Program-made: the position numbers and the translations under genes
Assembly (NCBI GenBank): GCA_033762115.1
Contig: JANRLX010000092.1
Coordinates: 1-64,000 of the forward strand
Origin: Verrucomicrobiota bacterium
GTDB taxonomy: Bacteria > Verrucomicrobiota > Verrucomicrobiia > Limisphaerales > SXQI01
DNA length: 64,000 nt
Direction of reading: 5' to 3'
Notes under the pieces: generated by a model
Databases searched by the model: none
What the model saw: only the letters and a program-made list of their open reading frames with translations
What the model was told of the DNA's origin: nothing
Part shown: positions 9,929 to 19,208 of the stretch, one piece after another
Layout: each line of letters starts with the position of its first letter
Numbering within the stretch: the stretch's first letter is position 1

Positions 9929-10891
9929 TCAACTATGGCCGGGGGGAGAAGTCGGCCTTTTAGCTGCAAGCAGAGAAGCGATGATTGCAATCGCGATGAT
10001 TCCGGCGACAACAATCAAACTGAAATTGGTCGGTATATGGTACCATTTGGCAATGAACATTTTCAGCCCAATGAATACCAGGACGATTGCCAGTCCGATT
10101 TTCAAATAGCGGAAATATCCAATGGCCCCGGCCAACACAAAATAAAGTGAGCGTAATCCGAGAATCGCAAAAACATTTGAGGTAAAAACGATAAATTCCT
10201 CCTGGGTGACCGCAAAAATAGCAGGGATCGAATCGACGGCGAAAATGAGGTCGGTTGTCTCGACCATGATGAGAACCAGGGCGAGGGGAGTCAGCATCCG
10301 GCGACCTTCCTGAATCGTAATAAATTTGGATCCATCGAACTGATTGGAAACCGGGAAAAACCTCCGGGTCAATCGAATGACCGGGTTCTTTTCCGGTTCC
10401 ACTTCCTCATCATCCGAGAAGACCATTTTAATTCCGGTAAAAATGAGGAACGCGCCCAATACATAGAAAGTCCATTTGAAATGACTGATCAATTCGCTGC
10501 CGATCCAGATCATCAAACCGCGCATGATCAACGCGCCCAGGATCCCCCAAAAAAGAACCCGATGTTGATAAGAGAGAGGCACCCCGAAATAGGCGAAGAT
10601 CAGGGCGATTACGAACACATTATCCATCGAAAGTGAAAGCTCGATAATGTAGCCGGTGATGAACTCGACGGTGTCTTCCCGGGCCCATTGAGGGATGAGC
10701 GCCGGCCCGATGAACAAGCCGAATGAAATTGAAAGCGCAAACCAGACCGTTGTCCAGGTGAGCGCTTCACGAAAAGAAACAACGTGGGCCTTTCGGTGAA
10801 AGACCCCAAGATCCAGGGCGAGGAAAAAAAGGACTGCAGTGACAAACCCAACCCAATGCCATGTGGAGACTGCAAGTTCTTGTGACATCAA
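9929..10891 (-). CDS. TerC/Alx family integral membrane protein
   Basis: LSLSMDNVFV, QHRVLFWGILGA, ETTDLIFAVDSIPA, FTSNVFAILGLRSLYF signatures. Confidence 0.93.
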   Translation of the reverse strand: MMSQELAVSTWHWVGFVTAVLFFLALDLGVFHRKAHVVSFREALTWTTVWFALSISFGLFIGPALIPQWAREDTVEFITGYIIELSLSMDNVFVIALIFAYFGVPLSYQHRVLFWGILGALIMRGLMIWIGSELISHFKWTFYVLGAFLIFTGIKMVFSDDEEVEPEKNPVIRLTRRFFPVSNQFDGSKFITIQEGRRMLTPLALVLIMVETTDLIFAVDSIPAIFAVTQEEFIVFTSNVFAILGLRSLYFVLAGAIGYFRYLKIGLAIVLVFIGLKMFIAKWYHIPTNFSLIVVAGIIAIAIIASLLAAKRPTSPPGHS

Positions 10892-10897
10892 TATGTA

Positions 10898-13417
10898 TTA
10901 GACGTGCGCTGCAGCTGGATTATCAACGACGATGCTTGAGCTGGTCTTTGGACGTTCTCCCTTATGCCACCAGAGCACCAGAGCGCTCGCAATATAAATA
11001 CTGGAGTAGGAGCCGGTTAAAATCCCGACGAGGAAAGTAAATGCGAAATCGTTGATCACGCCGCCGCCGAAGAGATACAGCGAAAGCGTGGCGAGAAATA
11101 CTGTTCCCGAGGTAATGATCGTTCGGCTCAAAGTACGATTCAGCGCACCATTCATAATCTCCCTGAATGAGCCGCGAACTCCCAATTTCAGGTCTTCCCG
11201 AATTCGATCAAAGATGACAATGGTGTCGTTGATCGAAAAACCAATAATGGTGAGAATGGCAGCGACAATTGGCGCACTAAGTTCGCGGTCGGTCAGGAAA
11301 AACCAGGCCATCGTCATGAGCACATCATGGATAATCGCAACGACAGCGCCAACGGCAAAGGAAAACTCATAACGGAAGGCCACATAAACGAGAATGCCGA
11401 ACATCGCGAGCATTGCCGCAATAATGGCAGATTTAAGGATTTCCGCGCCAATGACAGCCCCTACTTTATCCAGTTGGACCCGGCTGAATTTTGCGTCAGG
11501 AAATGCTTTGATAAGTGCTTCTTCAACCTTAAAACCGGTATCAAAGGCGGTGGTCACCTGCAAGGTGCGGCTCGCATCGATTGCGCCTTCCTGGTACTGG
11601 ATTCCCACGTCACCCACCTTGAGAGGATCAACCGCTGAGCGGAGTTGTTCTACTGGAATTTTTTTCTCGTAACGGAGCGTGAGTGAATCACCTCCGATGA
11701 AATCGACCCCCATGGCATCCTTCCCGCGATAGATGCCGTAGCCAATGCCGATGAGGATCAATGCCCAGGAGAGAGCAAATGCGGGCTTGGCCCATTTCAT
11801 GAAATCAAAATTCGCTCCCTTGATGAACTGCATCATTTTGAGCGTGCTGATCATGTTTTTTGCGAGGAGCCAGTCAAAAATCAGCCGGGTAACGACCAAA
11901 GCGGTGAACATGGTGACCATCACACCAATGGTGAGAGTCACTCCGAACCCTTTCACCGGGCCCGTTCCCATGAAAATAAGAATAATGGAGGCGATCAGGG
12001 TTGTGATATTCGAGTCAAAAATTGTTCCAAAAGCCTTGTCGTATCCAGCTGCCAACGCGCCCCTTAACGATTTACCCGCAGCCAATTCTTCACGAATTCG
12101 TTCATAGATAAGGACGTTGGCATCCACGGCCATGCCGACGGTGAGCACGATACCCGCAATACCAGGCAAGGTCAGCGTGGTCCCCACGGAGCAAAGAACC
12201 CCCAAAGTAATAATGACGTTCAACAGGACGGCGAAAATGGAAATTACCCCGGCGAGGAGGTAATAAAAGATCATGAACGCAGCAACAGCAACGATGCCAA
12301 TAATAGAAGCGCGAACTCCGTTGCGAATCGAATCTGCGCCCAATGAAGGATCGACGCCACGCTGCTCCTGGATTTTGACAGGGGCCTCCAATGGATTCTC
12401 GAGAACGTTGGCAAGTGTGAATGCCTCCTTAAGGTCAAAGTCCCCTGAAATGGAAGCACTGCCACCCATGATAGGCCCGTTAATTCGTGGAGCTGAGTAA
12501 AGTTCTCCATCCAGCACGATGGCGAGGAGCCGACCCACGTTGTTCTGGGTAATTTCTCCAAATTTTTGTGCACCTTCGCTATCAAAGTTGAGGATGATTT
12601 CAGGAGTGTTCGAGACAGGGTCCCGTGTCACCCCGGCACGAGAGACATACTTTCCAGTCAATCCCAGCTCAGCTTTTCGCTTTACGAGGAACGGGGCTGC
12701 AAATTCGCTGCCATCCGCCTTCTTCTCGCGCAGCATGAGCTTTTCATAACCTGGCGCGCCCAATCCTTGTGAGATCAACTGATCGCTTTCCGGGTGGACA
12801 AGACGAAACTCAAGAAAAGCGGCCTTCTCGATGGTGGCCCTTGCCTCCTGGATGTCAGCTTCAGACAAGCCGGGTAGCTGGATCAGGATCCGATTTTCCC
12901 CGGACGGTTGAAGGACCGGTTCGGCAACGCCGAACTTATCGACCCGTTTACGCAGGACTTCAATCGCTTGTGAGAGCGCTTCCTGCTGCCGGTCAGCAGA
13001 GGGTGCGGCGTTGGTTTCGCCCTCATTTCGAAGCACGCTTGTGTCCATGCCGACGAGAAATGAAGTCCCCCCCTTCAGGTCCAGGCCCAACTTGATTTTA
13101 CCAGCAGCATTCCGCTGGATGCGTGTCAAAATGGTTCGTGTGGCATCATCCCCCTGCTTCAATTTGATGTCGGGAAAATAGCGGCTGATATCATTGGTGC
13201 CAATCGCCTGCCTTAAATGACCATAGCTGCGGTTTGGATTCTGCTTTTCCAATTCGCGGGCCTGGGCAACGATCGCAGTGAAATTGGTGTCGCGATTCGA
13301 GGCTGCTGCATTAAATTCCTCGATCAGGTTACGGTCGCCGGGAGGGGTAAATTCTGAAATTGCCCAGAGGACGACCAGGATGACGAGTATCCACTTCCAA
13401 GTGTTATTACGGTTCAT
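10898..13417 (-). CDS. secDF: Protein translocase subunit SecDF (fused)
   Basis: LGLDLKGG, GMAVDANVLIYERIREE, GVDFIGG, GFSINDTIVIFDRIRE; start moved to ATG 13417. Confidence 0.96.
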   Translation of the reverse strand: MNRNNTWKWILVILVVLWAISEFTPPGDRNLIEEFNAAASNRDTNFTAIVAQARELEKQNPNRSYGHLRQAIGTNDISRYFPDIKLKQGDDATRTILTRIQRNAAGKIKLGLDLKGGTSFLVGMDTSVLRNEGETNAAPSADRQQEALSQAIEVLRKRVDKFGVAEPVLQPSGENRILIQLPGLSEADIQEARATIEKAAFLEFRLVHPESDQLISQGLGAPGYEKLMLREKKADGSEFAAPFLVKRKAELGLTGKYVSRAGVTRDPVSNTPEIILNFDSEGAQKFGEITQNNVGRLLAIVLDGELYSAPRINGPIMGGSASISGDFDLKEAFTLANVLENPLEAPVKIQEQRGVDPSLGADSIRNGVRASIIGIVAVAAFMIFYYLLAGVISIFAVLLNVIITLGVLCSVGTTLTLPGIAGIVLTVGMAVDANVLIYERIREELAAGKSLRGALAAGYDKAFGTIFDSNITTLIASIILIFMGTGPVKGFGVTLTIGVMVTMFTALVVTRLIFDWLLAKNMISTLKMMQFIKGANFDFMKWAKPAFALSWALILIGIGYGIYRGKDAMGVDFIGGDSLTLRYEKKIPVEQLRSAVDPLKVGDVGIQYQEGAIDASRTLQVTTAFDTGFKVEEALIKAFPDAKFSRVQLDKVGAVIGAEILKSAIIAAMLAMFGILVYVAFRYEFSFAVGAVVAIIHDVLMTMAWFFLTDRELSAPIVAAILTIIGFSINDTIVIFDRIREDLKLGVRGSFREIMNGALNRTLSRTIITSGTVFLATLSLYLFGGGVINDFAFTFLVGILTGSYSSIYIASALVLWWHKGERPKTSSSIVVDNPAAAHV

Positions 13418-13433
13418 GAAATTAAAAGAGGAA

Positions 13434-13775
13434 TTAAGCTTCTGAAGAGGATTTTTCAGTGATTTCCGAGACTGCACTCTTAAGCACTTCAAGCTTTGTG
13501 TCTGCCGAACGAATGACCACTGATTTATCCTTAACAGTAACCACTGTGCCCACGATGCCACTCGTGGTTAAAATTTTATCGCTTGTTTTCAGTCCTTTTA
13601 ATAATGCGGCCTGCTCTTTTGCCTTTCGCTGTTGGGGACGAATCGCCACGAAGTACATCATGAGAGCAAAAAAGGCCAGCGTGCCAAACATCTGGAGCAG
13701 CTGGGCACGTGGATCAGGCTGAGTGCCCGGTTGGGCAGTCGGCGCAAAGGCAAGCATCGCATCAAAAACAGGCAT
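13434..13775 (-). CDS. yajC: Preprotein translocase subunit YajC
   Basis: MYFVAIRPQQRK...LKTSDKILTTSGIVGTV; directly upstream of secDF. Confidence 0.92.
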   Translation of the reverse strand: MPVFDAMLAFAPTAQPGTQPDPRAQLLQMFGTLAFFALMMYFVAIRPQQRKAKEQAALLKGLKTSDKILTTSGIVGTVVTVKDKSVVIRSADTKLEVLKSAVSEITEKSSSEA

Positions 13776-13910
13776 AGTTTCTTGTAAAGTCGTTAAATCT
13801 ATGCACGGATGAACCTTTGGCAAGCTTTAGAAGTCAGCTTCGCATCTGGAATTTTTGTTGTGATGGGAAATGGGCAGCTTCCTGGGGTGATTTGACCTGA
13901 ATAATTAAAA

Positions 13911-13927
13911 CTGGCATAACTTTTGCC
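13911..13927 (+). promoter_or_regulatory. Candidate sigma-54 (-24/-12) promoter
   Basis: CTGGCATAACTTTTGC has the GG-N10-GC spacing; upstream of the histidine kinase gene. Confidence 0.45.
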
Positions 13928-13936
13928 TGACAGAGG

Positions 13937-14818
13937 ATGATGAAGCGCAAACCTTCCAGACTGGCTGCTGCGAATCCAATCGGGACCACGCAGGACTCCT
14001 CCCATGAAGGATTGGTAGGCGAGGTGCTTCAGCAGGTCCATTCTCGCACTCGGCAGGAGTTGGACATGAAAGAAGTCCTTTCTGTGAATGCTGATTTAAA
14101 ATCGGAAATAGTTCGGTTGCAGGAAAAACTTGCTGCTTCTGAACGAGAACTCACCGCTTTTGTTTACTCCGTCTCGCATGATCTCCGTGCACCCTTGCGC
14201 GCGATGCAAGGTTTTGGGCGTATTTTGATCGAAGATTATGGTGCGAATCTTGACCAGGATGGGCAGGAGTATGCCTCCAGAATTATTCGGGCGGCAGAAC
14301 AGATGGATGGCCTGCTGGCAGATATCCTGATTTATAGCCGTGCCCAATCCCGTGAAATTACCTTAAACCCCATTTCATTGGATGAGGCGGTGGCGTTTAC
14401 TTTACGAGACTTTAAGCAGGATATCGAAAATACTCATGCCTTCATTGAGGTTGCTCCCGGACTGGGAACTGTTCTAGGCAATGCCCCCGCACTAGATCAA
14501 GTTCTCGGTGAGATTTTGAGCAATGCTTTGCTTTACACAAAGCTGGGGGAACCACCACGGGTGCAGATCCGTTCCAAATCCGGCGGTGGAGTGGTTCGGC
14601 TGGAAGTTATCGATCAGGGCATTGGGATCAGTGCGGAGCAGCATCAGAAAATCTTTGAGCCGTTCACAAGGCTGCACGGGGCGGACATTTATAAAGGGAA
14701 CGGGTTGGGGCTGGCCATCGTCCGAAAGGTTGTGCTGAATATGAACGGAGCTTACGGGGTGGAATCTGCTCCAAATGAAGGGAGCCGCTTTTGGATCGAA
14801 TTACCTGCGGCCGAGTAA
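13937..14818 (+). CDS. Cytoplasmic histidine kinase (HisKA + HATPase_c) with no sensor domain
   Basis: SHDLRAPLR H-box, SNAL N-box, DQGIGI, FEPF, GNGLGL; alternative start ATG 14066 with CAGGAG RBS. Confidence 0.9.
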   Translation: MMKRKPSRLAAANPIGTTQDSSHEGLVGEVLQQVHSRTRQELDMKEVLSVNADLKSEIVRLQEKLAASERELTAFVYSVSHDLRAPLRAMQGFGRILIEDYGANLDQDGQEYASRIIRAAEQMDGLLADILIYSRAQSREITLNPISLDEAVAFTLRDFKQDIENTHAFIEVAPGLGTVLGNAPALDQVLGEILSNALLYTKLGEPPRVQIRSKSGGGVVRLEVIDQGIGISAEQHQKIFEPFTRLHGADIYKGNGLGLAIVRKVVLNMNGAYGVESAPNEGSRFWIELPAAE

Positions 14819-16063
14819 TGGTTGTTCAGGCAGGCCCAGGTTTTTTGAAGCTTCTTTCCGTTTTTTGTCGAGGGCGTCAAGGTGCCGAAGGGTCTGTTTA
14901 AGGACCAGTTCTGCCTCCCTGTTGCCGATGGTTCTTAAACCGGGAGAGACGCCAGCCCGGGATGCAGCTACCAGGTGCTTTTCGAGAACCTGCTTGTAAT
15001 CGACCATTAAATCAGCCACTTCAGGTGCGAGGTTCACTGACCAAAGTTGAAGCTGGGAGATTTTAAATTCAATCAAATCCTGCCGGGCAGGGAGTTTTTC
15101 CTCAGTCAAAAGTTCTTGAAGGCTCAAATATTTGATTTCTGGCAATGCATTCGTTTTTGCCTGGATTTCCAGGGGTGTCAGCAACGCTTCCTGAAGTCGG
15201 GAGAGGCTGACATGGATTGGCCATGCCTGGCGCTGGTCCCGGGTGGTAAATTCCACCAGGCTTAAAGCCCACCATTTCTCGACATCCAGCATTCGCCGAA
15301 AACCAAAGGACTGCAAAAACGCAGTCTGCCAGTTCCAGGTTCGAGGCAACAGTTGAATAAAGTTTTTTAAACGAGCGAGTTGATCATTACTGGAGGACAA
15401 TTCCGAAACCAGCAGGTGTGATCCACAGCGATAAACCGTTTCAGGAAGGTTCTGAGCGGTTAATGTGAGGTCTGTAAAGGTGGGTGGGGAATTGGTCATC
15501 AGGCATTGCCTTGCGTTACTTAAACTGTCCTTGCTGGTCATCTCCCAGGCCAAAGCTTTTGGCCCGACTACAAACCCTGCGCCGATTCCGCTAAGAAGTT
15601 TTTCCGTGAGCCCGGTAACCAGCCAGCGAGGCACCTCCGTTGCCCGGGCAGACTGCCGGTTGGCGAACTCCAGAAGAAGGACCTGCACCAAAGCTTCGAC
15701 TAATCGTGTTTCTTCCACTTGGGCAGGAATGCCAACCTGATAACTCCATCCATCCCGATAGTGAGTGGACACAATGGTGATTCCCTGGGCCGCCCCGGCG
15801 TTTTCAAGCAGAAGTAATTTAATGGAGTCATTCCAGCGATCCTGTAATTGCAGCTCGCGCAGAAAGGCGGCTTTGATCCGTTCGGCGGAAATGGCTAAAA
15901 ACTCTGGTTCCAATCTCAGTAATCCAGGCTGTTCCCCAGATTTCCTCGTCGCGACAGGAGCGGAAGCGATTGAAACCGTGAATTGCCCTGATTGTGTGTA
16001 GGTGGTTCCTGCCGTTAAGCCAGAAGGAATGCAGAAAAGCAGGATAAACACCAGCAGGCGCAT
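14801..16063 (-). CDS. Secreted hypothetical protein, degenerate peptidase-MA-like fold possible
   Basis: Signal peptide MRLLVFILLFCIPSGLTA; PRWLVTGL resembles the PxWLxEG motif but there is no HExxH. Confidence 0.7.
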   Translation of the reverse strand: MRLLVFILLFCIPSGLTAGTTYTQSGQFTVSIASAPVATRKSGEQPGLLRLEPEFLAISAERIKAAFLRELQLQDRWNDSIKLLLLENAGAAQGITIVSTHYRDGWSYQVGIPAQVEETRLVEALVQVLLLEFANRQSARATEVPRWLVTGLTEKLLSGIGAGFVVGPKALAWEMTSKDSLSNARQCLMTNSPPTFTDLTLTAQNLPETVYRCGSHLLVSELSSSNDQLARLKNFIQLLPRTWNWQTAFLQSFGFRRMLDVEKWWALSLVEFTTRDQRQAWPIHVSLSRLQEALLTPLEIQAKTNALPEIKYLSLQELLTEEKLPARQDLIEFKISQLQLWSVNLAPEVADLMVDYKQVLEKHLVAASRAGVSPGLRTIGNREAELVLKQTLRHLDALDKKRKEASKNLGLPEQPLLGRR

Positions 16064-16066
16064 GGA

Positions 16067-16714
16067 TCACTTTGGTTCGGCCGTGGGGGAGTAAGTATAT
16101 AATCGCAACTCGGGTGCCTGGGTCAGTTCATTTTGGGCAATCTCCAATTGAGGAACTTTGTCCAAAAGGGAATATTCCTGGCTGAAGCCACTGTCGAAAG
16201 ACCCCACAATTTCTTCAACCCATTCCCAGCATGGCGGCGGGACAACCAGGTGACCAAGTTTCAGTTCCGCAGGTTTAAAAATCAATTTTCCGTCGACTCT
16301 TAACAAGGAAACTCGTTGTTGGACGACGAATGAAAAGTCTTTTCCCAAAATGCTTTTTACCGGGTAAGCATAATAAACGAGGTTGGAGCTTGTGAGGTCA
16401 ATTGCGCTGTAAACTGGCGTGGATGTGTCATTTGCATTGGTGCTGGAATTCACGCCCCGGGAACGCTCATCCAGGTAGGAATTAATTTCATGCTCAGACA
16501 GACGCACCCATCCTCGTCTTCCTGCAGCGATGGAGTCGTTAAATAGCTTTAGTTTACGTCGGGCTTCATGGGCTTCGACCGGGTTTGGGTCATCGCGCCA
16601 TTCGAGGCCAACTTCGCGAAAGATCTCATACGAGAGATATGCCAGGCCGCAGCCCAGCAGAAACAGGAGAAAAAGACCCCAACCGATTATTTTTTTTCCT
16701 CGCGAAAGAGCCAT
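16067..16714 (-). CDS. Membrane-anchored hypothetical protein
   Basis: Basic N-terminus plus a single TM helix; 2-3 bp gaps to both neighbours imply an operon. Confidence 0.7.
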   Translation of the reverse strand: MALSRGKKIIGWGLFLLFLLGCGLAYLSYEIFREVGLEWRDDPNPVEAHEARRKLKLFNDSIAAGRRGWVRLSEHEINSYLDERSRGVNSSTNANDTSTPVYSAIDLTSSNLVYYAYPVKSILGKDFSFVVQQRVSLLRVDGKLIFKPAELKLGHLVVPPPCWEWVEEIVGSFDSGFSQEYSLLDKVPQLEIAQNELTQAPELRLYTYSPTAEPK

Positions 16715-16716
16715 GC

Positions 16717-17031
16717 TTATTTGCCGCCACCCTCAGTCTTGGACGGCTTGGCTTCAGTTTTTGATGGTTTATCAGAGCTGCCAGACGCAGGTGCAGAATC
16801 TTTTTTCGCTGCTTCCTTGTACTTATCACTGCGATAATCAGTGATATAGAACCCACTTCCTTTGAAGATCAGGCCGGACCCTCCACCAATTGCCCGGCTT
16901 ACTTTCCCTTTTCCCCAGCGTTTCATGCCGCATTTACCTTCAGGGCAAATGGTCAGGGGCTCGTCTTTGATGGATTGGAAGAGATCGAATTGATGGTCGC
17001 ACTTGGAACAAATATATTCGTATGTCGGCAT
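16717..17031 (-). CDS. FmdB-family zinc-ribbon regulatory protein
   Basis: MPTYEYICSKCDHQF...CP..KC...FKGSGFYITDY signature. Confidence 0.92.
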   Translation of the reverse strand: MPTYEYICSKCDHQFDLFQSIKDEPLTICPEGKCGMKRWGKGKVSRAIGGGSGLIFKGSGFYITDYRSDKYKEAAKKDSAPASGSSDKPSKTEAKPSKTEGGGK

Positions 17032-17130
17032 AATCTATCAGAACCGTCCAAAGTAATTAAGAACACCCTTTGTCCCGGTCAAGTCCACACTGCCCGCAAA
17101 CCTGGCAAAGCGACCAAGCAGATGGAATGC

Positions 17131-17297
17131 CTAGAAGCCATCTCATAAATGTCCAGCAGAGTTTTGCCGGGATTTTGGCTGACTGCTTCGTTGCTCCTCA
17201 GTCATAGATCGCTGCGGATATGCTCCTTCGTTGTGCCTCGCATCCGGCTAAAATCCCTGGCAATTCGCAAGTGGTCCATTTAAGAGATGACTTCTAG
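17131..17297. mobile_element. 167-bp palindromic MITE/REP-like element
   Basis: Ends CTAGAAGCCATCTCATAAATG / CATTTAAGAGATGACTTCTAG (19 of 21 inverted match including CTAG); inner inverted pair TTGCCGGGATTTTGGCTGA / TCCGGCTAAAATCCCTGGCAA; intergenic. Confidence 0.7.
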
Positions 17298-17420
17298 CGT
17301 GGCGAAGGGTTTTTAAACATGGGTGCAGCCTATCAACTGGTTTGCTGTAGTAAACAAGAATACAGGAATACCAGGAGTTTAGGCTTGTTTCAGGACTCTT
17401 CATTGCCGGAAAATAGTTGG

Positions 17421-18014
17421 ATGGTTCAACTTCGGGTACTCGCTGTCATCGGCAGCACAAACAAAGATTCCGTCACGGGGCAGGTGGTTCGTCATGTGGC
17501 GGAACGGCTTCGCACGGCGGGTTGCCATCTTGATATTCTTGATTTTGCGCGGGAGCCGCTGGCGCTTTTCAACCCTGATTCCGCTTATGCTGCAGAGTAT
17601 TATCCGGCCCTGAAAGCCCGTGTCGAATTGGCAGATGTTTACCTCCTGGGAACGCCTGATTACCACGGCAGCATCAGCAGCGCTTTGAAAAATTTCTTTG
17701 ACCATTTCTGGCAGGAGTTTGCCGGGAAACTTTTTGCCACCGTTGTCTCATCGTTCGAAAAAGGATTAACCGTGACGGATCAGATTCGAACAGTCGCGCG
17801 GCAATGTTATGCATGGTCCCTGCCATACGGTGTCTCATTTTCAGACAAGGTCGATGTGAAAGATGGACGGATTATCGGAGAGCAATTCCAAGCGCGACTG
17901 GAAATGTTCGCCCACGATATCAAGGTCTATGGAACAGTGCTGGCAGAGCAACGATTGAAGGACCTTGCCGGGACTGAACCCACCTTTATGGCCAGATACC
18001 GTGCAAGGCAGTAA
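17421..18014 (+). CDS. NADPH-dependent FMN reductase (flavodoxin-like)
   Basis: LAVIGS...ADVYLLGTPDYHGSISSALKNFFD...GK motif; start moved from 17319. Confidence 0.88.
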   Translation: MVQLRVLAVIGSTNKDSVTGQVVRHVAERLRTAGCHLDILDFAREPLALFNPDSAYAAEYYPALKARVELADVYLLGTPDYHGSISSALKNFFDHFWQEFAGKLFATVVSSFEKGLTVTDQIRTVARQCYAWSLPYGVSFSDKVDVKDGRIIGEQFQARLEMFAHDIKVYGTVLAEQRLKDLAGTEPTFMARYRARQ

Positions 18015-19208
18015 TTAAAATAAAAGCACCTGAACGGTGGTTCCTGCGGCAAGATTGGTTGCCGGGGGCACATCAATTAATCCATTGGCTATCGAGAGTG
18101 AGTGCAGCATGTGCGACGCCTGTCCTTTTGGTATCTCCACTTTGCCATCTTCGCGCAGTCGAACCCGAAAAAAATGCCTTCGATCTCCCGGATTTTGAAC
18201 AGCCGCCACGAGATTTCCGCTGGCTGGTCGGAAGGATGATTGCTTTTGCCCCTGCATGAACAACAACGCTGGCCTGACAAAAGCCAGGAATGTCACAAAT
18301 GCGCTCACAGGGTTGCCCGGCAGCCCAAAGAGCAATTTGCCTCGGCATTGTCCAAATAAAAACGGTTTCCCCGGTTTGATCGCCACCCTCCATAAATCCA
18401 GCGTACCGCCAAGCTTCTGCAGGGCTTCCTTGATATAATCATGCCCGCCAACGGATGCCCCGCCGGAGGTAACCACCAGATCGCCCAATGTCAACGCCTG
18501 GTCCAATGCCGCAACGGTGTCCTTCAAAGTGTCGGGTACTACTGGCAACAGTGAAGGAATGGCGCCTGTTCGGCGAAGCAATGTTGCAAGGGTCGTGCGG
18601 TTGCTTTCGTAAATTTGTCCGGGTGCAAGCGGTCTTCCTGGTTGTTGCAACTCATCACCAGTCGCAAGCAACGCCACCCTTGCCCGACGAATCACTGGAA
18701 TTTCGCTGATGCCGCAGGAAGCGAGCAGGCTGATTAATCCTGGCCCAACGACCCTTCCTGGTTCGCATAGGATCGTCCCTGTTTCAATATCTTCCCCGCG
18801 TCTGCGGATATTTTCTCCAGGAATCGTTTTATCGAAACATTGAATCTCCGATCCAATGGCATGAGTGTCCTCCTGCATCAGGACAGCGTCCACACCGGAG
18901 GGGATTGGTGATCCTGTAAAGATGCGAACACATTCCCCTCTCCGGATTTGAAATTGAACAGATCGTCCTGCCGGAGCTTCCCCAATTAGTTTCAGGCTCA
19001 CAGGCTTTTCCCTGCTGGCTCCAACAAGGTCATCCGAGCGCAGGGCATATCCATCCATGGCCGAATTGTCAAAGAGCGGCAACGGAATCGCCGTCTTGAT
19101 CATCCCGGCAATGATGCGTTCATCCGCATCAACGATGGGGATCTTTTCCGAACTGAGCGGTTTGACCGTTCGGATGATCCGCGCAAGCGCTTCTTCAAGG
19201 CTTAACAT
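18015..19208 (-). CDS. moeA: Molybdopterin molybdotransferase MoeA
   Basis: FDNSAMDGYA, IFTGSPIP, TGDEL, TSGGASVG, KPGKP, LPGNPVS. Confidence 0.95.
   Translation of the reverse strand: MLSLEEALARIIRTVKPLSSEKIPIVDADERIIAGMIKTAIPLPLFDNSAMDGYALRSDDLVGASREKPVSLKLIGEAPAGRSVQFQIRRGECVRIFTGSPIPSGVDAVLMQEDTHAIGSEIQCFDKTIPGENIRRRGEDIETGTILCEPGRVVGPGLISLLASCGISEIPVIRRARVALLATGDELQQPGRPLAPGQIYESNRTTLATLLRRTGAIPSLLPVVPDTLKDTVAALDQALTLGDLVVTSGGASVGGHDYIKEALQKLGGTLDLWRVAIKPGKPFLFGQCRGKLLFGLPGNPVSAFVTFLAFVRPALLFMQGQKQSSFRPASGNLVAAVQNPGDRRHFFRVRLREDGKVEIPKGQASHMLHSLSIANGLIDVPPATNLAAGTTVQVLLF

Noticed and set aside
13418..13561. N-terminal extensions in the ORF track (secDF here; also uppS, wecA-like, ARC ATPase, heme protein)
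   Set aside because: They overlap neighbouring genes, promoters or terminators; downstream starts fit family N-termini better.
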